Shown: positions 19,041-29,256, numbered from the stretch's first letter. The stretch is DNA of 64,000 bases from Armatimonadota bacterium (GCA_039811685.1 JBDHZC010000001.1:256001-320000); one strand, 5' to 3'. The notes: generated from the letters alone by a model not told the origin. Numbers and translations are program-made.

Positions 19041-20312
19041 TCAATAAAACCGCAGCATTCGCTCGCGCCATGCGACAGCGATATCTGAGCAGAAACGCAA
19101 TGTGTCTGTTCCAAACCGGACTGTCAAAAACGCCTTTAACTCCTCCTTCTGTCCCTCCAGCGCGCGCAGTGGTATAAACAAATCCAGTTGTCGCGCTGCC
19201 GTTGCGCTCAGGTCTTCTGCCGTAATGCGTATGGATTCTACCGGGCGCACAAGCCGCATTCTCTCAAACAACCGCAGCGCGCACAGATAAAGTCTGTTCG
19301 GGCTGCACACAGGCGGGTTGATAGCCATAGCCTCTGAGGCAGGCATAATGCAGCCGTCTTCTAAAATCTCCAGGCTCAGTTTGCGGCACTGACTGTGATC
19401 GCTTTTCAGAATGTTTGAGAGCTCAGCGCTCAACTCCAAAAGGTGTTGAAAGATCAACTCCCGATCCTGTAGCTCTTCGCAGCGGCGCTGGACACTGAAG
19501 GTCTTTGGTGGCCATGCGCTTCGCAGTGGCTGAGTATCCAACCCTCGCGCGGCTTCAAATAACGCATAGCCCTCATTCCCAAAGCGAGAAAATAGCGTCC
19601 GGCGATGAAAGCGCTGTACGTGCGAAACGCGCAGCATACCCAGGCGTTTCAGACGCTCCCGCAGCTTTCTGGAAGTTGTCCAGAGGGCCTCAACAGGGTA
19701 GGGCGCTATAAAATCTATATGCTGATCTGGTTGAAGGCATGCAAAATGCGGCAAATGCGCCGAGGTTGGCGAGGCGCTTTGAATAGAGTGTTGTGGTAGA
19801 TAAGAAGCGCTCCTTTTGTTGTTCACAACGCGACGCGCTGATGACAGGAGAGCGCTGTTTTTCTGCTCCTGAGCGATGCGCCGTCCAAGCAGACGGGCCG
19901 CCAGACGCGATTGCGCCACACCAATAACAGCTTCAAATCCCAGATCTCTCATCTCCGCCAACAGCACCCGGGCGGTCGCTTCCCAGTTGTGAGTTTGTAG
20001 CCCCAGGAAGATTTCACCTGGCCGGAATGGCTCTACTATCGGTGTAAAGCGATAGACGACTCTGCACAGTAGATCTGAAACGTCCTGGAAGTCTTCCGGG
20101 CGGTATTCCACCTGCTCTACGCCTGGGGCGATACGCATAGCTTTGCGAGCTGAAACACCTGTGCGAATACCGAGCCTTTCCATCTCTGATGTAGCGGCCA
20201 GTACCTTGCCGTTCAGACTCATCCAGAATGGCCGTTCGCTTAATTCTGGCCGCAGGCGTTGTGTCTGTACGCAGAAAATATCGGGGATATAGAGATAGCC
20301 AACGCAGTTCAT
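19041..20312 (-). CDS. imuB: ImuB-like inactive Y-family polymerase
   Basis: Y-family layout ('FTPIVE', 'IGVAQSRLAARL', 'L.RLG'). Canonical catalytic acids are missing (YLYIPDIF, RPGEIFL). Beta-clamp motif QLDLF at 19176-19190. Confidence 0.75.
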   Translation of the reverse strand: MNCVGYLYIPDIFCVQTQRLRPELSERPFWMSLNGKVLAATSEMERLGIRTGVSARKAMRIAPGVEQVEYRPEDFQDVSDLLCRVVYRFTPIVEPFRPGEIFLGLQTHNWEATARVLLAEMRDLGFEAVIGVAQSRLAARLLGRRIAQEQKNSALLSSARRVVNNKRSASYLPQHSIQSASPTSAHLPHFACLQPDQHIDFIAPYPVEALWTTSRKLRERLKRLGMLRVSHVQRFHRRTLFSRFGNEGYALFEAARGLDTQPLRSAWPPKTFSVQRRCEELQDRELIFQHLLELSAELSNILKSDHSQCRKLSLEILEDGCIMPASEAMAINPPVCSPNRLYLCALRLFERMRLVRPVESIRITAEDLSATAARQLDLFIPLRALEGQKEELKAFLTVRFGTDTLRFCSDIAVAWRERMLRFY

Positions 20313-20346
20313 AGCTTTTGAAATTGGAGCTTCCGGTCCAGATAAC

Positions 20347-20360
20347 AGAACATATGTTCG
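20347..20360. promoter_or_regulatory. LexA (SOS) box, Gram-positive/Chloroflexi type
   Basis: AGAACATATGTTCG, a perfect GAAC-N4-GTTC, ~35 bp upstream of the imuB start. Confidence 0.85.
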
Positions 20361-20371
20361 ATATACTGCTA

Positions 20372-20401
20372 ACTATATTCCCGTTTGTTGCTTTCTGTCA
20401 A
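20372..20401 (-). promoter_or_regulatory. Sigma70-type promoter of the mutasome operon
   Basis: Minus strand TTGACA-N18-TATAGT, immediately upstream of the LexA box. Confidence 0.7.
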
Positions 20402-20429
20402 CATGTATTTGGGGAAAAAGAGGCGGTCG

Positions 20430-21365
20430 CTAGAAGCTATCCGCGCGCCACCACACAGCGCGACCTTCGCTATAGAGCCTTGTGATTTCGGTGTACTCCT
20501 CTTCGGGCAGGCTGACGTTGCGGAACATCTTCTTCTTGTTTACTTCCGGACCAACATCGCCCAGCCTTCTCACAAGCTCCATCTGTCCCAGCGGGGGCAC
20601 TCCGTCAAACTCAAGCCAGGCATATCCGTCACGCTGTGCTGCGCGCGCTGCAGAAACTACCAGCGCTTCTTCAGACTCCGCGTCCCTGGCCACCAGTTCA
20701 ATGACACTTAGATGCTCCTGCCCTTCCAGCCGCCGTACGACGACATAGCCAGCATCTCCCAGGCGCAGCACGCGTCCCTGCATGTTTTCCCAGCGCTCGA
20801 CACTGGCTGCACAGAAATGAAACTCACCGCGCTCCAGCGCCAGGTACGGTTGTGGGAAGTGTTCATAGAGGCGGAACAGATTGTCCCAGGGTTTCTCTAT
20901 CTCCTCGGCTTCGGATGCGTATGGCAGAGTCTGTCCAAGAGTCACTATGGGCTGTGGCGTCTCGACAAGCTTCCATCCGAGTTTTGAGTAGTGGCTGTGG
21001 ATATCTGTAAACAACAGAGAGAAAGCGATGCGTTCTGTCTCCATCTTCTCAATCATCTGACTGAGAAGCGCGCGTGACAGGCCATGCCGGCGCTGGTCTT
21101 CGCGTGTCGCTACAGCGCCGATCCCTCCGCACCAGATCGTTTCACCGCGCCAGCGAAGTGGGCGCCGGATGAGCCCCACAGCGCTTACCAGCTCACCGCC
21201 GTCAAATGCGCCCAAAATATCGCCTTCTCTGCGCCACGGATCTGAGTGAACAAATTCTGCAAAATCTTTGCGGCTTACCGGAAAGACGCTTGCCCACAAA
21301 TCAAGTGCGGCATCAATATCTGAGACAGGGCGCAGTGTGCAACCTGCCAGAGTTTCCAATGTCAT
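20430..21365 (-). CDS. GNAT acetyltransferase (Eis-like N-terminal domain)
   Basis: 'GGIGAVAT...RRHGLSRALL' acetyl-CoA motif and 'YSKLGW'. Confidence 0.8.
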   Translation of the reverse strand: MTLETLAGCTLRPVSDIDAALDLWASVFPVSRKDFAEFVHSDPWRREGDILGAFDGGELVSAVGLIRRPLRWRGETIWCGGIGAVATREDQRRHGLSRALLSQMIEKMETERIAFSLLFTDIHSHYSKLGWKLVETPQPIVTLGQTLPYASEAEEIEKPWDNLFRLYEHFPQPYLALERGEFHFCAASVERWENMQGRVLRLGDAGYVVVRRLEGQEHLSVIELVARDAESEEALVVSAARAAQRDGYAWLEFDGVPPLGQMELVRRLGDVGPEVNKKKMFRNVSLPEEEYTEITRLYSEGRAVWWRADSF

Positions 21366-22462
21366 GTCAAACGCAAGTCCTCATAGATGGCGTTGTTGAT
21401 ATTGCGCTGGCGTTTCTGGTGCGCAGGCTCTCCGGGCATTCCATTGCAAACCCATGCGACAACCAGACTGCGCTGTGGGTCACAGAACGCGCATGAAGAC
21501 TGTGATCCGCTGTGGCCAAAAGTTCGCCGAGAGGCATAGCGCCCATAGCCATAAGGCACTGTCTCTTCTCCGTAGAATGCGCTGTTGATAATAAACCCCA
21601 GACCCCAGTCCATGGTGTGCCGGAATGTCTCGTCGTACATCGCTGTGCGGTGGCGCGCGGAGATTGCTTCGGCCGTCTGTTGACTGATGAGACGCATTTT
21701 GTCTGTCTGTCCATGTCCGAGCAACATCTCATAGAAGCGCGCAAGTTCCTGGATGGGTCCACGAGCGCTGGCTCCAGGGCTTACTAATGCTCTGCCTTCC
21801 TGCGATTCTCTCTCAAGAGGTTCCGGTTTACCTCGTGCTGTTACCATCATAGTGCCCAGTCTCTCGCCCAGCGCTTCCTCTTGTCTTGCGTTCAGTGCAA
21901 ATGATGTATCAGCCATTTCAAGCGGCTCCAGAATGAGTTCTGTAACCGCTCGCTCAAAGCTCTGTCCAGTAAGTCTCTGGACAACCTCTCCCAGAACAAA
22001 CCAGCTTGATGATGGGTGATAGCCGGCTCGTTCACCTGGAATCCAGCCTTCCTCAAGCGGGGCGTGAGCGATTCTCTGCAGAGTCGCAGACCAGGAACTG
22101 GCTGCTCCGCCCGCATCCGCAAAACGAAATCCGCCTGTGTGGGTCAGAATGTGGCGGATGGTGACGCTGCCCTTGCCGTTGCTGCCAAACTCGGGAATGA
22201 AATGTTGAACGGTATCGTCGAGCTTCAGGAGTCCTTCTTCCCAGAGCCGAGCGATTGCCACTGCAGTCAGAGGCTTACCGGCAGACATCCACAGCATAGT
22301 TGTCCCGGAAGTCATTGGCGCCTCAGGCGCTGCCTTGCCCATACCGAAGTCTGCACACACTTCTTTATTAAGTGAAGCGTACACCTGTGCTCCGATATGA
22401 AGCCCGCTGAGCATTCCCTCTTCGATGACAGCGCGCGTGCGCTCCATTGGAAAGTCTGCCAT
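21362..22462 (-). CDS. Serine hydrolase, beta-lactamase/esterase family
   Basis: SxxK (MSAGK), 'ILTHTGG', 'PGERAGYH' and 'FGHSG'. Start is approximate. Confidence 0.85.
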   Translation of the reverse strand: MADFPMERTRAVIEEGMLSGLHIGAQVYASLNKEVCADFGMGKAAPEAPMTSGTTMLWMSAGKPLTAVAIARLWEEGLLKLDDTVQHFIPEFGSNGKGSVTIRHILTHTGGFRFADAGGAASSWSATLQRIAHAPLEEGWIPGERAGYHPSSSWFVLGEVVQRLTGQSFERAVTELILEPLEMADTSFALNARQEEALGERLGTMMVTARGKPEPLERESQEGRALVSPGASARGPIQELARFYEMLLGHGQTDKMRLISQQTAEAISARHRTAMYDETFRHTMDWGLGFIINSAFYGEETVPYGYGRYASRRTFGHSGSQSSCAFCDPQRSLVVAWVCNGMPGEPAHQKRQRNINNAIYEDLRLT

Positions 22463-22571
22463 TTCGCCAACGAGTATGCGTGGAAGGAGGCTTGCTTCGC
22501 CAGATACGTTCCATATTGCTTGATTGGTGTCTGTACGGGTAAAGCTATGCCGGACAAAGGAGGACTCGTCT

Positions 22572-23195
22572 ATGCCAGAACCCGAAGGCACAGCAAAATA
22601 CCTCGGAGAAATCGCTCCGGGAGTTCATCACTTCTCGATGCTGGACAACCGCATTAATGCGCAGAGTGACAGCTACGTCATAGAAAATGCGTCGAGCGTT
22701 GTTTTTGTAGATCCGCTGCCAATGCAGGACTCTGATCTGGAGAGACTGGGAAAACCCGGCGCGATTGTCCTGACAGCCTCGTGTCACGAACGCGCGTCGC
22801 ACCGCTACTCGCAGAAGTATCAGATTCCCATCTGGGCGCCTGAAGGTGCGGTGGACTTTGAAGATGAGCCTGATAGGTACTACACAGCAGAAACTGCGTT
22901 GCCAGCAGGTCTGCAGCCAGTTCATTCACCAGGTCCGACTGAGGCGCACTACTCACTGTACTTGCCAGAAGGAGTCGGGCTCATCTTCTGTGCGGACCTG
23001 TTGACGAATCCCGGGGAAGGCATTCTACATTTTGTGCCGTCGGAATACCAGGATGCGCCACTGCAGACGCGGGACAGCGTGAGAAACTTGCTGAAGCTGC
23101 GCTTTGAGATTCTGTGCCCAAATCACGGAGCGCCTGTTTTGAAGGATGCCAGGCAAAAGATAACTGAAGCGCTTGGGCGTGACGCCGGGAGTTAG
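22572..23195 (+). CDS. Metallo-beta-lactamase-fold protein (degenerate metal motif)
   Basis: 'VFVDP', 'LTASCHER', 'SPGPTEAH', 'ADL' and 'CPNHG'; AGGAGG RBS. Confidence 0.7.
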   Translation: MPEPEGTAKYLGEIAPGVHHFSMLDNRINAQSDSYVIENASSVVFVDPLPMQDSDLERLGKPGAIVLTASCHERASHRYSQKYQIPIWAPEGAVDFEDEPDRYYTAETALPAGLQPVHSPGPTEAHYSLYLPEGVGLIFCADLLTNPGEGILHFVPSEYQDAPLQTRDSVRNLLKLRFEILCPNHGAPVLKDARQKITEALGRDAGS

Positions 23196-23344
23196 CTTTT
23201 CGGACTCTAGCTTCGAGGCGTGGCTGGTTTCGATGCGCTCGCGCGGTGTCCCATAAGCATGTTATCCCGGTGTCGGTTGCTGACTGGCCTTTCGCGGGTA
23301 ACACAGAGTTGGGATACCAGATTTGACAATACGCGGGGGCTGCG

Positions 23345-23881
23345 ATGAGCGAGAAGATTGTTGGGCTCTTTCCTGATGAGAAAAAAGGAGAGAAGGCTGT
23401 CACCTGGCTGAAAAAGCATGGCGTACGGCTGCGTCAGATAGAAGTGATCTCTGGGCACAGTTTACAGGCAGAAGGCCAGGACGGAGGTTCTTGGAAAGGC
23501 GCAAGTGGAACAGACGGCGCGATGATGGGCGTGGTAGCAGGTACTGGCCTGGCTTCGGCAGGCGGCGCTTTGCTTGGGATTGCGGCCTCTATTGGCCCAG
23601 GAGTTGGGCTTACGGCTTCAGACTCTACGTCAGGAACCACCATTGGCGCCGTGGGTGGAGTGCTGGCCGCTTCTGCGGTGGTCGGCTCATCACTCGCCGG
23701 AATCGGCCGGTCTCTGGACGGCTGGGGCCTGGATGCGGGTGAAGCTCAGATGGTTCAGGGGTTCCTGAGTGACCCTGCAACACTTTTCGTTGGAGCGGAG
23801 TTGGCAGGGAGCAGCATTGATGGCAAACAGGCGGCGAAGGCAATAAAACGGCTTGGAGGGAAACCGATCCTCCACGACTGA
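23345..23881 (+). CDS. Hypothetical glycine-zipper membrane protein
   Basis: 'IVGLF.D...A...L' N-terminus and Gly/Ala-rich central hairpin, resembling general-stress membrane proteins. Confidence 0.55.
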   Translation: MSEKIVGLFPDEKKGEKAVTWLKKHGVRLRQIEVISGHSLQAEGQDGGSWKGASGTDGAMMGVVAGTGLASAGGALLGIAASIGPGVGLTASDSTSGTTIGAVGGVLAASAVVGSSLAGIGRSLDGWGLDAGEAQMVQGFLSDPATLFVGAELAGSSIDGKQAAKAIKRLGGKPILHD

Positions 23882-23988
23882 CCAGCCGTTAAGAGTGTTA
23901 GTCGAGGCCGGTCTGCTTCATCTAGGCAGGAAACACCTCCAGACAACGCTAACTCACCGTCATCCTCACACTGGAGTGTTTGTTCCGA

Positions 23989-25302
23989 ATGTTCAAGTTT
24001 GTCTGCGCTGTTGCATTGACAATACTCTGTCTCACGCCCGCAGCCACCGAAGTTTTCAGACAGAGTGAGCGGGCTTCCATCGTCGATTACTGGACAGCTC
24101 CCGGACGCTATGTGATGAGCTCACCCAATGGCGCAGAGGAGAATGGCCCATGGGAAGTGCGCCTCACTCCGGAAGCCAGCCGGTGGTTTCATACTTATCG
24201 TGGTGCAGTGGGCGCAGCTTCGCTGCCACCCGGGCAGGCAGAGCATCCTGAAGAAGACACAACGCGCGGTTGGGAGCAGTGGGTAGAGCGCAAGTTAGCT
24301 TATGACCGCTGGGAGGCGCAGGCGGACGCCGATCGCGCGAACGAAGTTTTTGGAGTTCAGCCCAAAGCTGCAGAGATGCCTGCCAGGCCAGGGTCGATTC
24401 CGCCTGGATTGCTGAAAGCCGCCGGAAATCCACCACCGCTTGCCGCAGCCGTCGCCCGCCGTTGCTATACAGTGACGTTTGATGATGGTGAGTCGCTGGA
24501 CTACACAACGCACGTGGGTATGCGTGAGCGCTTCGCCTATTACCGCTTTGACCAGGGCACGGTTTCGATAGGACAGACGCTCAGGAATATGCCTGCGGAG
24601 GAGCTGGACGAGCTCTTCGCCGCCTCTGGAATGACTGACTCCGAGCAACGGATTGCCAGGGCGGTCTCCCGCATGGAGGGCGGTTTTGAGTCTGTCAACA
24701 CCTATGATACCGGCTATGTGAGTGTCGGCTTTATCCAGTTCATTACCCAGCGCGATGGGACGCACTCTCTTATGCAGGTGCTGGAGACCGAAAAAGAGCG
24801 TTGGCCGGCTGAGTATGCGCGAGATTTCCACCGATTCGGCATTGAGGTGGGTGTGGACGGTGTCCTTACAGTGGTTGACCCTGAGACGGGAGCGGAGCTC
24901 AGCGGCGCAGACGCTGTGAGTAAAGTAATTGATGACAAGCGCTTGATTGCTGTCTTTCAGCGCGCAGGGCGGCACAGTGTCCCGTTTCGCGCCGCTCAGA
25001 TATTGGTGGCAAAGGCCGCCTACTGGCCCACTGAAGATACCTTTTCCTTCTGGGTTAACGGTAGAAAGATCGAGGGAAAGGTGAGTGATGTCATTCACTC
25101 AGAGGCCGGAATTGCGACACTGTTTGACCGAAAAGTCAACCGGGGCAACATTAACCCCTTTGCAGAGGTGCTTCAGAAGACTATGGAAACAAACGGCTTG
25201 ACATCACTCGAAGAAGCTGCAAGTCACGAGCGTGAGATTGTCAGCCAACTTGCGTACCGCGAAGATTTTCTCAAAAACTCCGAACTCTCACAGCCGGACT
25301 AG
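23989..25302 (+). CDS. Secreted hypothetical protein with possible lysozyme-like C-terminal domain
   Basis: Signal peptide; 'SRMEGGFESVNTYDTGYVSVGFIQF'. Confidence 0.6.
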   Translation: MFKFVCAVALTILCLTPAATEVFRQSERASIVDYWTAPGRYVMSSPNGAEENGPWEVRLTPEASRWFHTYRGAVGAASLPPGQAEHPEEDTTRGWEQWVERKLAYDRWEAQADADRANEVFGVQPKAAEMPARPGSIPPGLLKAAGNPPPLAAAVARRCYTVTFDDGESLDYTTHVGMRERFAYYRFDQGTVSIGQTLRNMPAEELDELFAASGMTDSEQRIARAVSRMEGGFESVNTYDTGYVSVGFIQFITQRDGTHSLMQVLETEKERWPAEYARDFHRFGIEVGVDGVLTVVDPETGAELSGADAVSKVIDDKRLIAVFQRAGRHSVPFRAAQILVAKAAYWPTEDTFSFWVNGRKIEGKVSDVIHSEAGIATLFDRKVNRGNINPFAEVLQKTMETNGLTSLEEAASHEREIVSQLAYREDFLKNSELSQPD

Positions 25303-25382
25303 AATCCCGCAAAAGACAACGACTTACGGCGGAGCCGTTGACGATTGCGGACGTCACCGATACTGAGCAACAGCAGTCTTTC

Positions 25383-25661
25383 TCAGAGGCCGGAAAGCTC
25401 ATTGACGCTCTCCCGCTCGTCCGACCGGTCGATACCGAGTGCTTCATAGAGGCTGCAATGTCCGCTCTTTCCTCTGAGTACAAGCATGCCGCCAAGCGCG
25501 GCGATGGCAAGGCCGCTCAATGAGCGCCGGCTCAGTCCCCACAGCGCGATCAGGCTGCCACCAATAACGGAAGCTGCGCGCTCCGGGCTGCTGATGTTGA
25601 TGTGGTCAAGGGAGAACTCTTCGCAGAGTGAGCGAAGGGAATTCTGAAACGATGTTGTCAC
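25383..25661 (-). CDS. DUF2892/YgaP-like small membrane protein
   Basis: 'NI...ER..S...G' and 'RG.SGHCSLYEALGID'; AGGAGG 5 nt before the GTG at 25661. Confidence 0.75.
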   Translation of the reverse strand: MTTSFQNSLRSLCEEFSLDHINISSPERAASVIGGSLIALWGLSRRSLSGLAIAALGGMLVLRGKSGHCSLYEALGIDRSDERESVNELSGL

Positions 25662-25811
25662 GAATGCCTCCTGTCGCAAGCAAGCGAAAGCCATTTTCGA
25701 TACCATCTGCCATAATAGTGTTCCCATTTTCAGTTCAGTTCGACAGTTTCTTATACTTGGCTGCAGCACTTTTCAGCGGCGCCGTAGAACGTTTTCTCGA
25801 GGAGGATTTCC

Positions 25812-26531
25812 ATGTCAAAAGCTTTTCTGATCGTGGCAGCCTGTCTTCTGACAGCATCTATGCCGGCAGCTTCGCAGACGGCTGCCACCAGGGCAGATCT
25901 GCGAGTGATCACTGTAAGCGGGCAGGGTGAAGTTATGGCCACGCCTGACAGGGCATCCATCCAGCTCGGAGCGACGGCCCAGACACAAGACGCAGCAGGC
26001 GCGCAGAGGCAGGTCAACAAGATTGTCCAGAAGATTCTCGAGGGTGTAAAGGGACTGGGGATTCCTGCGTCCAGTATTACGACGACTGGCATAAGCCTTT
26101 CACCTGTCTATTCAGATAAACGCGGTCAAGATACGCCGTCGGAGCCCAGCATCGTGGGCTATCGCGCCAATAATACGGTACGTGTCCAGCTTGACGATCT
26201 CTCCAAAGTGGGAGCTGTGATTGATGCAGGAGTTGAAGCGGGCGCGAACACTATTCAAGATTTGTCGTTCGATCTCAAGGATGACACCGCGCAGCGCCAG
26301 GAAGCTTTGAAGCTGGCTGTTCGCACCGCTCAGAGCAAGGCTCAGGCCATAGCGGAGGCTCTGAATGTCAAGCTGGGCCGGGTGCAGGATGTTTCTGAGA
26401 GTGGCGTTTCGGTAATTCGGCCGTTCGCTCAGGAGCGCTACATGGCGGCGGCTGCCGCAGCGCCTGTTGAACCTGGACAACTGCGTGTGCAGGCTTCCGT
26501 TACCATTAACTATCTGATATCTGATAAGTGA
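25812..26531 (+). CDS. SIMPL (DUF541) periplasmic protein
   Basis: Signal peptide; 'ITVSGQGEV.A.PD.A', 'GYRANN.V.V', 'A..KA..IA' and 'PG...V.ASV'. Confidence 0.9.
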   Translation: MSKAFLIVAACLLTASMPAASQTAATRADLRVITVSGQGEVMATPDRASIQLGATAQTQDAAGAQRQVNKIVQKILEGVKGLGIPASSITTTGISLSPVYSDKRGQDTPSEPSIVGYRANNTVRVQLDDLSKVGAVIDAGVEAGANTIQDLSFDLKDDTAQRQEALKLAVRTAQSKAQAIAEALNVKLGRVQDVSESGVSVIRPFAQERYMAAAAAAPVEPGQLRVQASVTINYLISDK

Positions 26532-26839
26532 GTAGTCACTCCGAATAGACTGGCTGCAAACTACCGCGGAAGTCAACAGCTCCGGCCGGGTGCTCTGTTG
26601 CTCGTACCCGCATGAGAAATCTTTGCGCGTAACCGTTTCCATTTTCGTGTCTGTCGCATTATAATACAGACATATTCTTGCTCAGGTCTCTGCCAGAACT
26701 GACCCGCTCCGAGTGCAATTCGCAGTGGGCTCGGCTCCCAAATCTTCAGAGGGTGGTCTGGAAGCATCGGTCTTCTGGCAGTGGACATTGTCGCTGGGTC
26801 AATGCCGCCCGTTTTACTATGCTGTAAAGGAGAGAATGC

Positions 26840-27634
26840 ATGCGTCTTTCCGCTATTCAGGATGAGCCGCGAAATCAGGCTTCAAGTCTAAAGAGTCGTG
26901 GAGGTTCACGCGGCGCTGGATTCACGCTCATTGAGTTGCTGGTGGTTATTGCGATCATCGCGATTCTTGCCGCAATTCTATTTCCCGTGTTTGTCACCGC
27001 CCGTGAGCGAAGCCGCAAAGCCGTTTGCGTAAGCAACATGAAACAAATCGGGGTGCAGTTCGCAATGTACAGCGACGATAACCGCGGCTTCATGCCGCTC
27101 GGGCGCGACCCCAGCGACGGCATGAATGTCCAATCTCCAATTCCTGTTATCTGGGAGGCCATGTTGCCCTATGCCAAGACCAAAGAACACTGGCGCTGCA
27201 AGAGTGACACAGGCTACTACTCAAGAATCAGCTTCCAGGAGAATGGCCGAACCTATACGGTCGGCGTGGATATTCCTCTACGCAAACCACTGTGGAAGTA
27301 CACCGGCGGAGGTTCTTACTGGTTCAACTCTCGTCTTGGAGTTGTAAATGTTCCTGGTGGGCACAAAAAGGCTGCTACCTACACAGGGAAGATCGAATCT
27401 CTCACCTCTCCAGCCATGATGCCAGTGATGTACGAGCCCGGAGATTTTCACGTCCCCGAAGCTGCGCTTGTTGCGGAGAGAGTCGGCGGGCGAGGCACCA
27501 CTGAGTTTTTACAGAAGGCCCGCTATCTGGTGCTGTTTGGAGACTGGCACGTGCAGGAGGTCTCTGGACTGGACTGGGGCTCCAAATACTACGAGCCGGC
27601 CACAACACTGCAGTGCGGCGGATACCCACCGTAA
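26840..27634 (+). CDS. Prepilin-type N-terminal cleavage/methylation protein (DUF1559-like)
   Basis: '[29 protein letters not shown]...C.SN.KQIG'; C-terminal 'LF.DWHV' variant of the DG-HV motif. Confidence 0.9.
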   Translation: MRLSAIQDEPRNQASSLKSRGGSRGAGFTLIELLVVIAIIAILAAILFPVFVTARERSRKAVCVSNMKQIGVQFAMYSDDNRGFMPLGRDPSDGMNVQSPIPVIWEAMLPYAKTKEHWRCKSDTGYYSRISFQENGRTYTVGVDIPLRKPLWKYTGGGSYWFNSRLGVVNVPGGHKKAATYTGKIESLTSPAMMPVMYEPGDFHVPEAALVAERVGGRGTTEFLQKARYLVLFGDWHVQEVSGLDWGSKYYEPATTLQCGGYPP

Positions 27635-29256
27635 ACTCCAAGCGCGCTTCTCCCGAACGTCGCCGTTGCTAAGATAACGCTCACCACCCGTAAGCTCTCT
27701 TCTTGCCGTGTGGTTGATGCGCTGAAAGATACGTAGCGGTGCTGCCGACAGGGACGCACCTCCTTTTTGCCCCCTTCTGCGATCTCTTAAAGAGCCATTC
27801 ACCGCCAATCAAAATACCGTCAAGGTCTTCTGCCGCACGATTGGTCTGATTTTGATCTTGACAACCTGCGAATGGGCTGTGTTATCATCAACCTGCTGGC
27901 TGTGCGTATTGCCGGGTTACACGAACAAATACCAGGCTTTCCCGTGAAAGAGGAGTAGTTAGCGCAGCCGTATGTGTCCTTGGAGTTCGGAGGGTGAAGG
28001 TGCGAAATAGTGGTTGCTCTCTCGTTAACGGGGCGTTGTACCAGAGTGCAGGGACGGTTGGAATACGCGCTTTGCGCATTTTATCCTTCCTGCTTATCGG
28101 GTTTGCGCTTGTTGCGCCAGTCGTCGCTGATGAGGTTGTCATTGGCACAGGCACGTCGTTCTGGGGGTTGCCTCTATCGACGTCCTATCACGATGCTCGC
28201 ACGCAAGTTATCTATCTGGCTTCAGAGGTCGGCGCCGCCGGCAGAATAGGCGGCCTGGCGCTGGATGTTATGACCAAGCCGGGAGAGGCGCTGGGCAACT
28301 TCACGATCCGTATGAAGCAGACGCCGCTCTCCAGTTACTCTCCTGGCGTCTGGGAGTCCACAGGCTGGACAGTGTGTTACCAGACTACCACCAGTATCTC
28401 GACGACCGGGTGGGTGAACTTCGAGTTTACGACTCCGTTTGTCTACGACGGCGTCTCGAACCTGATGGTGGACTTCTCCTTCAACAACAGCAGTTGGAGT
28501 TCTGACGGCTATTGCCGGTATTCTGCGACCTCTGCGGATCGGACTCTTTACTACCGGACCAACAGCTCTTATGGTGACCCTCTAACCTGGTCTGGTTCCT
28601 CGAATCCCACCCCGAGTCGGATATCCGGGATACCCAACGTCAAGTTGAGCATAGGGCCCCCAGCGCAGCGCCCGGTTTTCAATCCTCCGGGCGGCGCATA
28701 CTCTGCACCGCAAATTGTGACGATAACCTGCGACACTGCAGGCGCCGTGATTCACTATACACTGAATGGAATGGACCCAACGGAGTCAGACCCCGTGGTC
28801 GCGAACGGTGGCACTGTTAGCGTCCCTGTATCTCCTCCTACGACTTTGAAGGCTCGAGCCTGGGCTGCTGGATTTGTTCCGAGTCCGGTGACATCGGCGC
28901 TATACAGGCTTCCGGGGATAGTCCATGTATCACCAAGCGGTAATGACTCCAAAGACGGGTTATCCTGGGCGAAAGCAAAGAAGACAGTTACTGCCGGGCT
29001 CGGCGCTGCTTACGCAGGCGAAGAAGTCTGGGTGGCTGGCAATGCGTCCCATCCCTATGCGGAGCGCATTACGCTCAAGGGTGGTGTGGGCTTGTATGGT
29101 GGGTTTGCTGGAACTGAAACCAGCCGTAATCAGAGGAACTGGCAGGCCAACGTTACTATTCTGGATGGAAGCGGAACAGGTGATGTTGTGGAGGCACCGT
29201 CTGGTGTTACCTCCACAGCCGTGGTCGATGGGTTCACAGTGAGAAATGGCTACTTT

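Noticed and set aside
19041..20312. Active DinB/Pol IV
   Set aside because: The DxDxF and S/T-x-DE catalytic motifs are absent.
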